A stretch of DNA of 48,607 nucleotides, taken from Candidatus Woesearchaeota archaeon (lineage in GTDB: Archaea > Nanobdellota > Nanobdellia > Woesearchaeales > WJKV01). The first letter of the stretch is position 1; every line of letters starts with the position of its first letter. The translations under genes and the position numbers were made by a program. The notes below the pieces were generated by a model. That model did not search any database and was not told the origin of the DNA. It saw only the letters and a program-made list of their open reading frames with translations. Shown piece by piece: positions 1 through 8,494 of this stretch. The stretch lies in NCBI GenBank assembly GCA_019323495.1, contig JAHWHE010000027.1, positions 1 through 48,607 on the forward strand, given 5' to 3'.

Positions 1-588
1 CCAGAGCCAGAAATACCGGTTGGTATTCCATGCCCTATTCAAGACCCAAAAAACAGATTGCAGGAATTCATGGAAAGCACAGGCGGAAAAAGCGCTTATG
101 GAAATTACATGAGAATGACAAGAAACGAAGTTCCTGGAAACCTGGCATTGATGCTTAACTGGGGATACAGCATGTACGCAGGATCTAAATGGTGGAACAA
201 CAGCAAAAAGTTCTTTGAGAAATCAAAGGAAATAGGAGACATTGTTGACAAGTTCGCAAGCGAGCAAGGAATCGGTGCACCATCTTTCAGATTCGGCAAC
301 GAAGATGGTCCAATGAACGAGGTAAAAGCTGCTTACGAATTCAATATCGCTGGAGACAGATTCTATGTGATAGAATTCAGGAGCCAGGGATCAATGAATT
401 ATGCAAAAGCGCATGACAAAAAGAAAGGCGATATTGCGCCAGCAGTGATGGTCGACATAATCGCAGACTGCAAGGTTGTTTATGACATGAGGACAGGAAA
501 AGTCATAGACTATCATGTGGAAAAAAGCATCAACAGGCACGGCGGTCCTATCTTGGGCGCGCCAATGCCAGCTGTCAAAGAGGAGTAG
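1..588 (+). CDS. Hypothetical protein, C-terminal part; the 5' end runs off the window
   Basis: Frame 1 is open from base 1 (PEPEIPVGIPCPIQDPKNRLQEF...) to the TAG at 586-588. The track start at 58 is a TTG inside this open frame. No family recognised. Confidence 0.6.
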   Translation, partial: PEPEIPVGIPCPIQDPKNRLQEFMESTGGKSAYGNYMRMTRNEVPGNLALMLNWGYSMYAGSKWWNNSKKFFEKSKEIGDIVDKFASEQGIGAPSFRFGNEDGPMNEVKAAYEFNIAGDRFYVIEFRSQGSMNYAKAHDKKKGDIAPAVMVDIIADCKVVYDMRTGKVIDYHVEKSINRHGGPILGAPMPAVKEE

Positions 589-709
589 AGGTTCCAGAGC
601 CAGTTGTGCCTGGTGCCAAATAATTTTTCTTTTTTTCTTTATAAACCCCTTTTTCTAATACCACAATACTTTTAAATTCCACTTATAAATCTAATAGAAG
701 GGGGACTAG

Positions 710-2545
710 ATGGGAAAGATTATACAATTATCAGAGGATCTTATAAACAAGATAGCTGCAGGAGAGGTGATAGAACGGCCTGCTTCTGTAGTTAAAGAAT
801 TGATAGAGAACAGTATAGATGCAGGTGCAAAGAACATCATAATCGAGATAAAGGAAGGCGGCAAGAGCTTTATCAAGATAACAGACGACGGTAGTGGCAT
901 GTCAAAAGAAGATGCCTTGATTTCTATCAAAAAGCACAGCACGTCAAAGATAAAGGATGTAGATGACTTGTTCAATATTGGCAGTCTTGGGTTCAGGGGA
1001 GAGGCTCTTGCGAGCATTGCAGCTGTCAGCAACATGGAGATAATCACAAAGACGCAGTTTGATCTTGAAGGAATCGAGATTGAAATTAGCAATGGAAAGA
1101 TAAAGAATGTCAAGGAAATAGGTGCACCGGTCGGCACGACAATAAAGATTTATGACTTGTTCTTTAATACACCAGCAAGAAAAAAACACCTTGGAGACAT
1201 GAATGTCGAATTAAGGCACATAACAGACATTGTTGTCAAATACGCTCTTGCATATTTTGAGATTGGCTTCAGGCTTGTGCACAACGACAAAGAACTGATA
1301 CTTGCTCCACCGACGCCTGACAAATTAGGAAATATCGTGAATATCTTTGGCAGGGATTTCGCAAAACTGTTGCTGCCTGTTGCAGGAGAGACAGATTTGG
1401 TGAATGTCAGCGGTTACATCGGCAAGCCTGCATTGAACAGGGCAGACAGATCACATATTTTTACGTACGTTAATGGCAGATACATAAAGAACAAGGAATT
1501 ATTGGATGCTGTTGAAAAAGCATACGACCATCTGCTGAATACAGAGAGATATCCTGTTGCAATACTTAATTTTGAACTGCCGTACGAGAGGGTGGATGTC
1601 AATGTGCATCCTACAAAAGCAACAATAAGGATTGAAAAGCAGGAAAGAGTGTGCAGCGATATCGCTGATATTTTGAAAAAGCAATTGGAAAGAGCAAATC
1701 TTGTGCCTAAGATAGAGCCGAGCAAGGTAGTGCAGCAGATACTTGACAAGGAAAAATCAGAACTGCCGAGCACAGACATCAGGCAGATACTGAAGCAGAA
1801 ATCGAATGTCATGCAGACTTTGCAGGAGATCAAGAACAGGCCTATCGACGCGCAGAGGAGCAGGCAGCAGCAATTGCTGGACAAGCAGAAACAGCAGAAG
1901 CAGTTGGACAAGGAAAAGATTGTCGTTGATCCTATCAAGATAGATTACATAGCATACAATGTGCTTGGGAAGATACACAAGACATTCATTCTTGTCGAGA
2001 CGATGGACGGCTTGAGGATTATAGACCAGCACGCTGCGCACGAGCGCATACTGTTCGAGAACATCATGGAAAAGTTCGAGAGCAAGCAAAAGATAAAGAA
2101 GCAGACATTGCTGAATCCGATACAGGTGAATGTTCTTCCCAATGACGCATTATTGATAAAAGACAGCTTGGAGAAATTAGACAAGTTTGGCTTTACTGTC
2201 GAAGAATTCGGCAACAACACATTCATAATAAGGACATTGCCGGCCATCCTGGGAAAACAGCAGACAGAAGATTTTTTCCACGAGATAATCGCAGAACTAA
2301 AAGAGAACCAATATAAAAAAATAAAAGGGATAACAGAAGAAAGATTCGCGCGCATGGCGTGCAGAAAAGCTGTCAAGGCAGGAGATGTCCTGGAAAACAT
2401 GCAGATGGAGCAGCTGGTGAAGAGATTATTGGAATGCAGGCAGCCTCATACCTGCCCGCACGGAAGGCCTACTATGATAGACTTCACAATAACAGACCTG
2501 GAAAAAAGTTTTAATCGAATAAGAGGTTTTGAGACAAATGCGTGA
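710..2545 (+). CDS. mutL: DNA mismatch repair protein MutL (endonuclease-type)
   Basis: N-terminal GHKL ATPase signature (IAAGEVIERPASVVKELIENSIDAGA, DDGSGM). C-terminal endonuclease motif DQHAAHERILFE, plus ACRKAVKAGD and CPHGRP. AGGGGGA SD lies 5 nt before the ATG. Confidence 0.95.
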   Translation: MGKIIQLSEDLINKIAAGEVIERPASVVKELIENSIDAGAKNIIIEIKEGGKSFIKITDDGSGMSKEDALISIKKHSTSKIKDVDDLFNIGSLGFRGEALASIAAVSNMEIITKTQFDLEGIEIEISNGKIKNVKEIGAPVGTTIKIYDLFFNTPARKKHLGDMNVELRHITDIVVKYALAYFEIGFRLVHNDKELILAPPTPDKLGNIVNIFGRDFAKLLLPVAGETDLVNVSGYIGKPALNRADRSHIFTYVNGRYIKNKELLDAVEKAYDHLLNTERYPVAILNFELPYERVDVNVHPTKATIRIEKQERVCSDIADILKKQLERANLVPKIEPSKVVQQILDKEKSELPSTDIRQILKQKSNVMQTLQEIKNRPIDAQRSRQQQLLDKQKQQKQLDKEKIVVDPIKIDYIAYNVLGKIHKTFILVETMDGLRIIDQHAAHERILFENIMEKFESKQKIKKQTLLNPIQVNVLPNDALLIKDSLEKLDKFGFTVEEFGNNTFIIRTLPAILGKQQTEDFFHEIIAELKENQYKKIKGITEERFARMACRKAVKAGDVLENMQMEQLVKRLLECRQPHTCPHGRPTMIDFTITDLEKSFNRIRGFETNA

Positions 2546-3212
2546 GCTGCAAGAAGTGTGGAGGCAAGTAGATGACTGTGAATTCTGCAGGCAGAGCAAT
2601 AACAGATTGCAGCACATCCTTGGAGGAGGGAAAGAGCAACAGCCGGACGTGATGTTTTGTTTTATCAATCCTACCTATAGGAACATAACAACAGAACCTG
2701 ACTATAGGGGCCAGAGATTTCCATTCATGGGAACAACAAAAGTATGGAAGGTCTTTGTCAATGCAGGCTTGCTCGAGCAGGATGTGATGGCGAGGATTAA
2801 AAAAGGATGGGACCAAGATTTAATAGACAGCACAATAAAAAAGATAGAAGAAAAAAATTTCTACTTCACAAACCTTGTCAAATGCGCACAGCCGCACGCA
2901 GACAATCCAAAGACAGCAGAGATAAGAAAACTCTTGCCTTTGTTCTTTAAGGAATTGTCCGTTGTGCAGCCAAAGTTGATCTGCAGTTTCGGCAGCCTGC
3001 CTTTCAGATGGCTGACAAACATCAATAGTTTGAAATTATCAGAGCACTATGAAAAGCAGAAGCGATCAAATAAATTGATAACTTATGATTCAGTCCCTAT
3101 CAACGGAAAAAAGTATAGTGTATTTCCTTGCTATTTTCCTGTCGGCAGGGGTAATCCTAAAAAAGCAGTCGAATTGCTGCAGATATTGAAAAAAATAAAC
3201 CTGGAGGCATGA
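2538..3212 (+). CDS. Uracil-DNA glycosylase superfamily protein (family 4/5-like, divergent motifs)
   Basis: Layout follows the family 4 UDG order: CEFC near the N-terminus, GGG..PDVMFCFINPT, FPFMGTTKVW, FYFTNLVKC, CSFGSLP, YFPVGRGNP. ATG 2538 overlaps the mutL stop (ATGCGTGA), and the stop overlaps the mutS ATG. The track start at 2529 is TTG. Confidence 0.7.
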   Translation: MRELQEVWRQVDDCEFCRQSNNRLQHILGGGKEQQPDVMFCFINPTYRNITTEPDYRGQRFPFMGTTKVWKVFVNAGLLEQDVMARIKKGWDQDLIDSTIKKIEEKNFYFTNLVKCAQPHADNPKTAEIRKLLPLFFKELSVVQPKLICSFGSLPFRWLTNINSLKLSEHYEKQKRSNKLITYDSVPINGKKYSVFPCYFPVGRGNPKKAVELLQILKKINLEA

Positions 3213-5761
3213 TGGAAGAGCGTCTTACACCTGCAATGCATCAGTACAAGGAAGCAAAAGCGCAGTATCCGGACTGCATTATCTTTTTGAGGCTGGGTGA
3301 TTTTTATGAGATGTTCTATGAAGATGCAAAGATCGCATCAAAAGTACTGGATATCACATTGACAAAAAGGGCAGGCGTTCCGCTGGCAGGCGTGCCGTGG
3401 CATGCATTAGATCCTAATCTAGCAAAAATGATTGAGAAAGGCTACAAGGTGGCTATCTCAGAGCAGATGGAGGATCCAAAGACAGTCAAGGGCAGGGTCG
3501 TAAAAAGAGAAGTGGTTAGGATAGTGACGCCTGGTACTGTGATTGCGCCGAGTTTATTAGACGAGAAAAGCAACAATTTCTTGATGTCGATTCATTTTGC
3601 AGAAAATCAGCCTGGCAATGGGAAAAAGTTTGGTGTTGCATTGGCAGATGTCAGCACTGGCGAGTTTCTGACAACAGAATTGGACAGCGATGATAAATTA
3701 TTGAATGAGATTGTTCGTTTCGATCCAAAGGAGATAATTGTCAGCAATGCAGTTGGATTCGATACGGAGAAGTTTGTGAACGGCAGGCAGAATCTCTTTG
3801 TCTCTGCGTATGATGATTATCATTTTTCTTTCAGTTCTGCGTACAAGGAGCTGATCAGGCATTTTGATGTCATGAATCTTGAATGTTTTGGCATGGAGCA
3901 GAAAGAAAATGCGATAATTGCGGCAGGCGCCTTGCTTGCTTATCTGAACGAGACCCAGAAAGGAAGCACAAAACAGATCACAAGACTGAGGCAGTTTGTC
4001 ACAGAAGACTACATGATTTTGGACAGCAGCACAATAAGGAATCTCGAGCTGATGAAAAACATAAGAGACGGGACAAGAAGAGGAAGTTTATTGGACGCGA
4101 TCGACAAGACAGTGACTCCAATGGGAAGCAGGCTGTTGAGGCAATGGATACAGCAGCCGTTATTGGATGTCAACCTGATCAACGCGCGCTTAAACGCTGT
4201 CGAAGAGTTGACAACAAAGACCCTCGTCAGGGAAGAAATCAAGGCGTTGTTGAATAATGTCTATGATGTGGAAAGACTGATCACAAGAATAAGCAGCAAC
4301 AGCGCGAACCCGAAAGACCTGATTGCATTAAAGGACAGCCTCAAGATTCTTCCGTCTATAAAAGAACAGTTGAATGACACAAACTGCATGCTTTTGAAGG
4401 ATTTCAAGCTTCTTCCTGAACTCCCTGAATTAAGGGATTTGATTGAAAACGCGATTAAAGACAATCCTAACACAAAAACAAAAGAAGGAAACATCATCAG
4501 GAAAGGTTACAATCAGCAGTTAGATGAATTGCACCAGATAGCTTTCGGAGGGAAGAACTGGATAGCGCAATTAGAAGCAAAAGAAAGGGAGGCAACAGGC
4601 ATTTCTACCTTAAAGATAGGTTTCAATCGGGTCCATGGCTATTACATCGACATAACAAGAAGATTCAGCGACAAAGTTCCTTCTACATACATAAGAAGGC
4701 AGACATTGGCGAACAGCGAGCGATATGTGACAGAAGAATTGAAGCAGAAAGAAGAGCAGGTGCTTGGTGCAGAAGAAAAGATCAATACATTGGAATTTGA
4801 ACTGTTCATGCAGATCCTGGAAAGATGCACAGAGAAGATAATCGACATACAATTAATTGCGCAAAGCATCGCGCTTCTAGACGTCACTATTTCTTTAGCG
4901 ACAGTCGCAGTTAATAATCGTTATACAAAACCATCAATAACAACCAATTATGAATTAGACATAGAAGACGGAAGGCACGCAGTAATCGAAAGCATCCAGT
5001 TAGAGCCTTATGTCCCCAATCACACAAAGATGAACAAGGACAACAGGTTGTTCATTATCACAGGCCCTAACATGAGCGGCAAATCCAGCTTCATGAGGCA
5101 GGTTGCTTTGATACAGTTATTGGCGCAGATTGGAAGCTTTGTGCCAGCAAAAAAAGCAGTTGTCGGCATTGCTGACAGGATCTTTACTAGGGTCGGTGCT
5201 TATGACGACCTGACAATGGGCCAGTCCACTTTCATGGTCGAGATGACAGAGACAGCAAACATTCTGAACAATGCGACTGAAAAATCCTTGGTTATTTTGG
5301 ATGAGATTGGTCGCGGCACTAGTACTTTCGACGGCATCAGCATTGCATGGGCTGTCGCAGAATACATCTACCAGAACATTGGTTCCAAGACATTGTTTGC
5401 AACGCACTATCATCAGTTGAATAAATTGGCAGAACGCTTCAAGTCTGTCAAGAACTTCAATATTGCTGTCAAGGAAAAAGCAGACGACATAATATTCTTG
5501 AGGAAGATCTTGGAAGGGGGGACCGACAAGAGCTATGGTATCCAGGTTGCAAAACTCGCAGGTCTGCCGGCAGAGGTCATCGAAAGAAGCAAGAAGATAA
5601 TGAATCAGCTCGAGATGGATGACGAGATTGCAGAAAAAATCCATGCGCCTTTGAAAAAAGAAGAGCCTGAGATTGGAAAGAAGATCGAGCAGGTTGAGCA
5701 AAAGGAACAGGCAGAAAAGCAGGAAGAGACCAATGCCAAATTGAACCACTTTTTTGGGTAA
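3209..5761 (+). CDS. mutS: DNA mismatch repair protein MutS
   Basis: N-terminal TPAMHQY..GDFYEMFYEDA mismatch-binding signature, Walker A GPNMSGKSS, DEIGRGTSTFDG, ATHYH. The start is ATG 3209 or 3212, after GGAGG. Confidence 0.95.
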   Translation: MMEERLTPAMHQYKEAKAQYPDCIIFLRLGDFYEMFYEDAKIASKVLDITLTKRAGVPLAGVPWHALDPNLAKMIEKGYKVAISEQMEDPKTVKGRVVKREVVRIVTPGTVIAPSLLDEKSNNFLMSIHFAENQPGNGKKFGVALADVSTGEFLTTELDSDDKLLNEIVRFDPKEIIVSNAVGFDTEKFVNGRQNLFVSAYDDYHFSFSSAYKELIRHFDVMNLECFGMEQKENAIIAAGALLAYLNETQKGSTKQITRLRQFVTEDYMILDSSTIRNLELMKNIRDGTRRGSLLDAIDKTVTPMGSRLLRQWIQQPLLDVNLINARLNAVEELTTKTLVREEIKALLNNVYDVERLITRISSNSANPKDLIALKDSLKILPSIKEQLNDTNCMLLKDFKLLPELPELRDLIENAIKDNPNTKTKEGNIIRKGYNQQLDELHQIAFGGKNWIAQLEAKEREATGISTLKIGFNRVHGYYIDITRRFSDKVPSTYIRRQTLANSERYVTEELKQKEEQVLGAEEKINTLEFELFMQILERCTEKIIDIQLIAQSIALLDVTISLATVAVNNRYTKPSITTNYELDIEDGRHAVIESIQLEPYVPNHTKMNKDNRLFIITGPNMSGKSSFMRQVALIQLLAQIGSFVPAKKAVVGIADRIFTRVGAYDDLTMGQSTFMVEMTETANILNNATEKSLVILDEIGRGTSTFDGISIAWAVAEYIYQNIGSKTLFATHYHQLNKLAERFKSVKNFNIAVKEKADDIIFLRKILEGGTDKSYGIQVAKLAGLPAEVIERSKKIMNQLEMDDEIAEKIHAPLKKEEPEIGKKIEQVEQKEQAEKQEETNAKLNHFFG

Positions 5762-5764
5762 ACT

Positions 5765-5772
5765 TTTTATAT
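5765..5772 (+). promoter_or_regulatory. Archaeal TATA box for the leaderless gene at 5794
   Basis: TTTTATAT is centred about 25 nt upstream of ATG 5794, with no SD in between. Confidence 0.5.
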
Positions 5773-5793
5773 TCCTTTCACATTACATACTGT

Positions 5794-6237
5794 ATGGAAA
5801 GATCTATAGATGATTCTTTTGATGACAGCAATAGAGATGAACTTAGTGATAAAGCAAAGATTGAAATAAATAAAAAAGGACATATCTATTTTACAGGTAG
5901 AGATAAAGCTACATATGATGAATGGCTCACTTTGATGGATGACAGAGTAGGTAAGATGAAGGAAGCTTATGATTTATCTGGTTTTGCGACGTTTTTAGCT
6001 TCAGCAGAAATTGCGGGCTATTTTCTATATAAATATGCAGTTCAACATGTAGCAGGATTACATGCGACAGAAAATGTAGCGACTGCAGCATATGTTACAT
6101 TTTTATTAATTGCAGCTAGTCTTGTTTGTCGCTCTATTAAAAATGTAAGAAAGTCTAATCGCAATGAAAGACAAATAGAAGAATTAAGACAGCAACATCC
6201 TAAAGTTTTCAAGCAATTATCATTGTGCCATTACTAA
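5794..6237 (+). CDS. Hypothetical two-TM membrane protein (paralog of 6276..6773)
   Basis: Acidic N-terminus with DELSDKAKIEINKK, two hydrophobic segments, and a charged C-terminal helix. The neighbour has the same architecture. Confidence 0.7.
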   Translation: MERSIDDSFDDSNRDELSDKAKIEINKKGHIYFTGRDKATYDEWLTLMDDRVGKMKEAYDLSGFATFLASAEIAGYFLYKYAVQHVAGLHATENVATAAYVTFLLIAASLVCRSIKNVRKSNRNERQIEELRQQHPKVFKQLSLCHY

Positions 6238-6243
6238 GGATAA

Positions 6244-6253
6244 GCTTTTTAAA
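6244..6253 (+). promoter_or_regulatory. Archaeal BRE/TATA box for the leaderless gene at 6276
   Basis: GCTTTTTAAA is centred about 26 nt upstream of ATG 6276. The start context tgtATGg matches the gene at 5794. Confidence 0.5.
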
Positions 6254-6275
6254 CCTCTTTCTCCTATAATATTGT

Positions 6276-6773
6276 ATGGCAGACAAACCATACAAAGTTG
6301 TTCCAAGCGACGAATCGCATCATTTCAGCTATCCTGTTCCTGAGAAAAAGGAAGAGCTAAGTGATAAAGCAGCAGTTAACATTAATAATTCTTTAGCAGG
6401 TTTAGTGCGCTCAGAAGAAGAAACAAGGAAAAATGCGATTGAGATTCCTTGCTATTCAACGTGCTTTTCAATTGTAGCATTAGGCGCTGCCTTGATACAT
6501 CAGGCAGGCTACGAGCACATGGGTGCAGTTGGACAACATGTTGATAAATGGGATAGATTTGTTGATAACGCAATACAGATCGCAGCATCGCCTGCACCTG
6601 TTTTAATTCAATATTGCATGCTTGCAGCAGCACTTATAGCTTTGCTTCGGGCATTTGCTGTTAGGTCAGAGCATAGAGATATTAAGATTCAGATGCAGCA
6701 AAAAGAAGAAGACCTTAAAAGACTGAACAAGAATTACAACCGGTTGATTTCTTCAGGATCCAAAGACTTATAG
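6276..6773 (+). CDS. Hypothetical two-TM membrane protein (paralog of 5794..6237)
   Basis: EELSDKAAVNINNS motif, two hydrophobic segments, and a charged C-terminal helix. Its 3' end overlaps the convergent ORF at 6734..7153 by 40 nt. Confidence 0.65.
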   Translation: MADKPYKVVPSDESHHFSYPVPEKKEELSDKAAVNINNSLAGLVRSEEETRKNAIEIPCYSTCFSIVALGAALIHQAGYEHMGAVGQHVDKWDRFVDNAIQIAASPAPVLIQYCMLAAALIALLRAFAVRSEHRDIKIQMQQKEEDLKRLNKNYNRLISSGSKDL

Positions 6774-7153
6774 CACGGGTTGCATAAATACCTGTTTCCC
6801 TTGAATTTCTGAGCATATTTTTTATTGCCGACTTTTCCGCACACTTCACACTGATAGTCAGGACAGTCATCTCCGATCTCGATTTCATCGATGCCTATCA
6901 TCTTGACCTTGTCGCTCTTCGCAAACTCCATCAGCTTCATGTTGTTCATCTCTTCCCTTTCGCTCTTGCTGCAGGCCTTGCCTCCTGCGTGCGAGAAATG
7001 CCATATCTTTTTGTCCCCCATTTTAGGGAAGACTTTTTCACCGCAAAAAGGACAGAAATATTCAAAAAGATCTTTTTTATGCTTCTGAACTCTATCTATA
7101 TGAACTAGTGTTCTCATTACCCCCTTAGCATAAAACAACTTCCTATCAGGCAT
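6734..7153 (-). CDS. Zinc-ribbon protein with a CoiA-like N-terminal motif
   Basis: CPFCGEKVFPKMGDKKIWHFSHAGGKAC resembles the CoiA N-terminal CxxC...HFxH...C signature. A second Cys4 set follows (CPDYQCEVC...CNPC). Confidence 0.5.
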   Translation of the reverse strand: MPDRKLFYAKGVMRTLVHIDRVQKHKKDLFEYFCPFCGEKVFPKMGDKKIWHFSHAGGKACSKSEREEMNNMKLMEFAKSDKVKMIGIDEIEIGDDCPDYQCEVCGKVGNKKYAQKFKGNRYLCNPCYKSLDPEEINRL

Positions 7154-7228
7154 TATTTATAACTATGGAATTACTAATTAATAAGGTTTTCTGTGGTTTA
7201 TATATAAAGATGGTGACCTAATCTGCTA

Positions 7229-8404
7229 TCATTTTGCCTCAATCCCGAACGATTTAGAGAACCAAACTACGACAGAAGAGACTATCAATGAGTACAGAAC
7301 GAACGCAAGTATGTAATGCAGAATTGGGTCGAACCCTGTGATCGTGCTCGCAAGAATGAATGTAACTACAACAACTGCCAGTCCTTTGCTTGCTGTCAGG
7401 GCCATGAACAATCTTATCAGGACAGGCTCTTCTTTTGCAGCAACTTTCACTGCAAGATACCTGACTGCTAAATAAATTATGAAAAGGGATATCGATTTGA
7501 TGAAGAATATCGGTGTTATAGGGAACTTGATGATTACGCCTATCAGCACAAAGATCAGGACCTTCAGCAAGGTCGACAATACAGATTCGAATTGAAGGAG
7601 AGTGACTTTCTGTTTTATCTCGAGGTTGCCGAAAAACAAACCAAGAGTGGTGACTGCGATTATGCCGTTTCCGCCAATCCTTTCAGCAAGGACATAGCTC
7701 AATAATGCTGCGGCAATGACCGCTATTGGGCTGTATCTTTCACTGTACTGCTTTCTCATTATCTTGAACATGACCAAGCCTATCAAAAGGCCAGAACCAA
7801 GTCCGGCAGTTATCTTCAATAAGAATCCTCCTGTGAATCCGGCAAATACTGCGCCAGTCGCGCCCTTCTGCAGATCAACAATGATCAACGGCAGCAATAC
7901 TGTGAATGGCGTATTTATTATGCTCTCGATAGACAAGACCCTAAGAATTTTCTGCTTGCAGCTTCCAAGCAAAGACAAGATAACATCGGGTGCTGTTCCG
8001 CACGTCAGTGCGCCAAACAATAACGAAAGGAACAGGAATTTCAGCTGGAATCCGAATACAATCGCTAAAGTCGCAAATGACAGTATGACAAAATTGAAAA
8101 ACACTGTGCTGAAAGTGATCTTTAACGCAGAGACACTCACCCAGTCAAGCTCCTTGAACCTTATCTGCGCAGTGCTTTCAAAGACCAATAGAACCAAGGT
8201 GAACAGACCGAGCGCACTAATAAGAGGAGTTGGCAATACAAAGTCAATATTCTCTATCTCTATGTACAGTCCGAAACCGATACCTACTGCGACCAAAACA
8301 AGAACATCAGGGATCTTTAGTTTTTTTGCAAAGATTGAAGATATCAAGCCAATTAGAAGAGCAACTGCGATAAATGTCAGTCCGTTCAATATTGCATCAA
8401 CCAT
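7229..8404 (-). CDS. Cation/H+ antiporter (Na+/H+ exchanger, CPA family)
   Basis: Polytopic membrane protein. Its N-terminus (LLIGLISSIFAKKLKIPDVLVLVAVGIGFG) is typical of sodium/hydrogen exchanger family proteins. Confidence 0.75.
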   Translation of the reverse strand: MVDAILNGLTFIAVALLIGLISSIFAKKLKIPDVLVLVAVGIGFGLYIEIENIDFVLPTPLISALGLFTLVLLVFESTAQIRFKELDWVSVSALKITFSTVFFNFVILSFATLAIVFGFQLKFLFLSLLFGALTCGTAPDVILSLLGSCKQKILRVLSIESIINTPFTVLLPLIIVDLQKGATGAVFAGFTGGFLLKITAGLGSGLLIGLVMFKIMRKQYSERYSPIAVIAAALLSYVLAERIGGNGIIAVTTLGLFFGNLEIKQKVTLLQFESVLSTLLKVLIFVLIGVIIKFPITPIFFIKSISLFIIYLAVRYLAVKVAAKEEPVLIRLFMALTASKGLAVVVVTFILASTITGFDPILHYILAFVLYSLIVSSVVVWFSKSFGIEAK

Positions 8405-8463
8405 ATTGCCTCTTTTTTATAAATGAAGTATTGCTGGGTTTAAATATTTTGTGTTTAGAAAAG

Positions 8464-8471
8464 TTTATAAA
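8464..8471 (+). promoter_or_regulatory. Archaeal TATA box for leaderless cca
   Basis: AAGTTTATAAA; the box is centred about 27 nt upstream of ATG 8495. Confidence 0.55.
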
Positions 8472-8494
8472 CCAATAACCCCCTTGGCCCTACT

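Noticed and set aside
589-709. Intergenic regions scanned for tRNA or other structured RNA genes, including 589-709, 37278-37443, 43444-43565, 45384-45438 and 47602-47816.
   Set aside because: All are AT-rich promoter-like spacers. None has GC-rich cloverleaf-compatible stems or conserved tRNA boxes. tRNAscan or Infernal should confirm this.
5117-5749. A 210-aa minus-strand ORF. Similar internal ORFs occur at 3883..4257, 1414..1938 and 7716..8426.
   Set aside because: All lie inside, or antisense to, genes with unambiguous family motifs (mutS, mutL, antiporter). Their composition is low-complexity or implausible.
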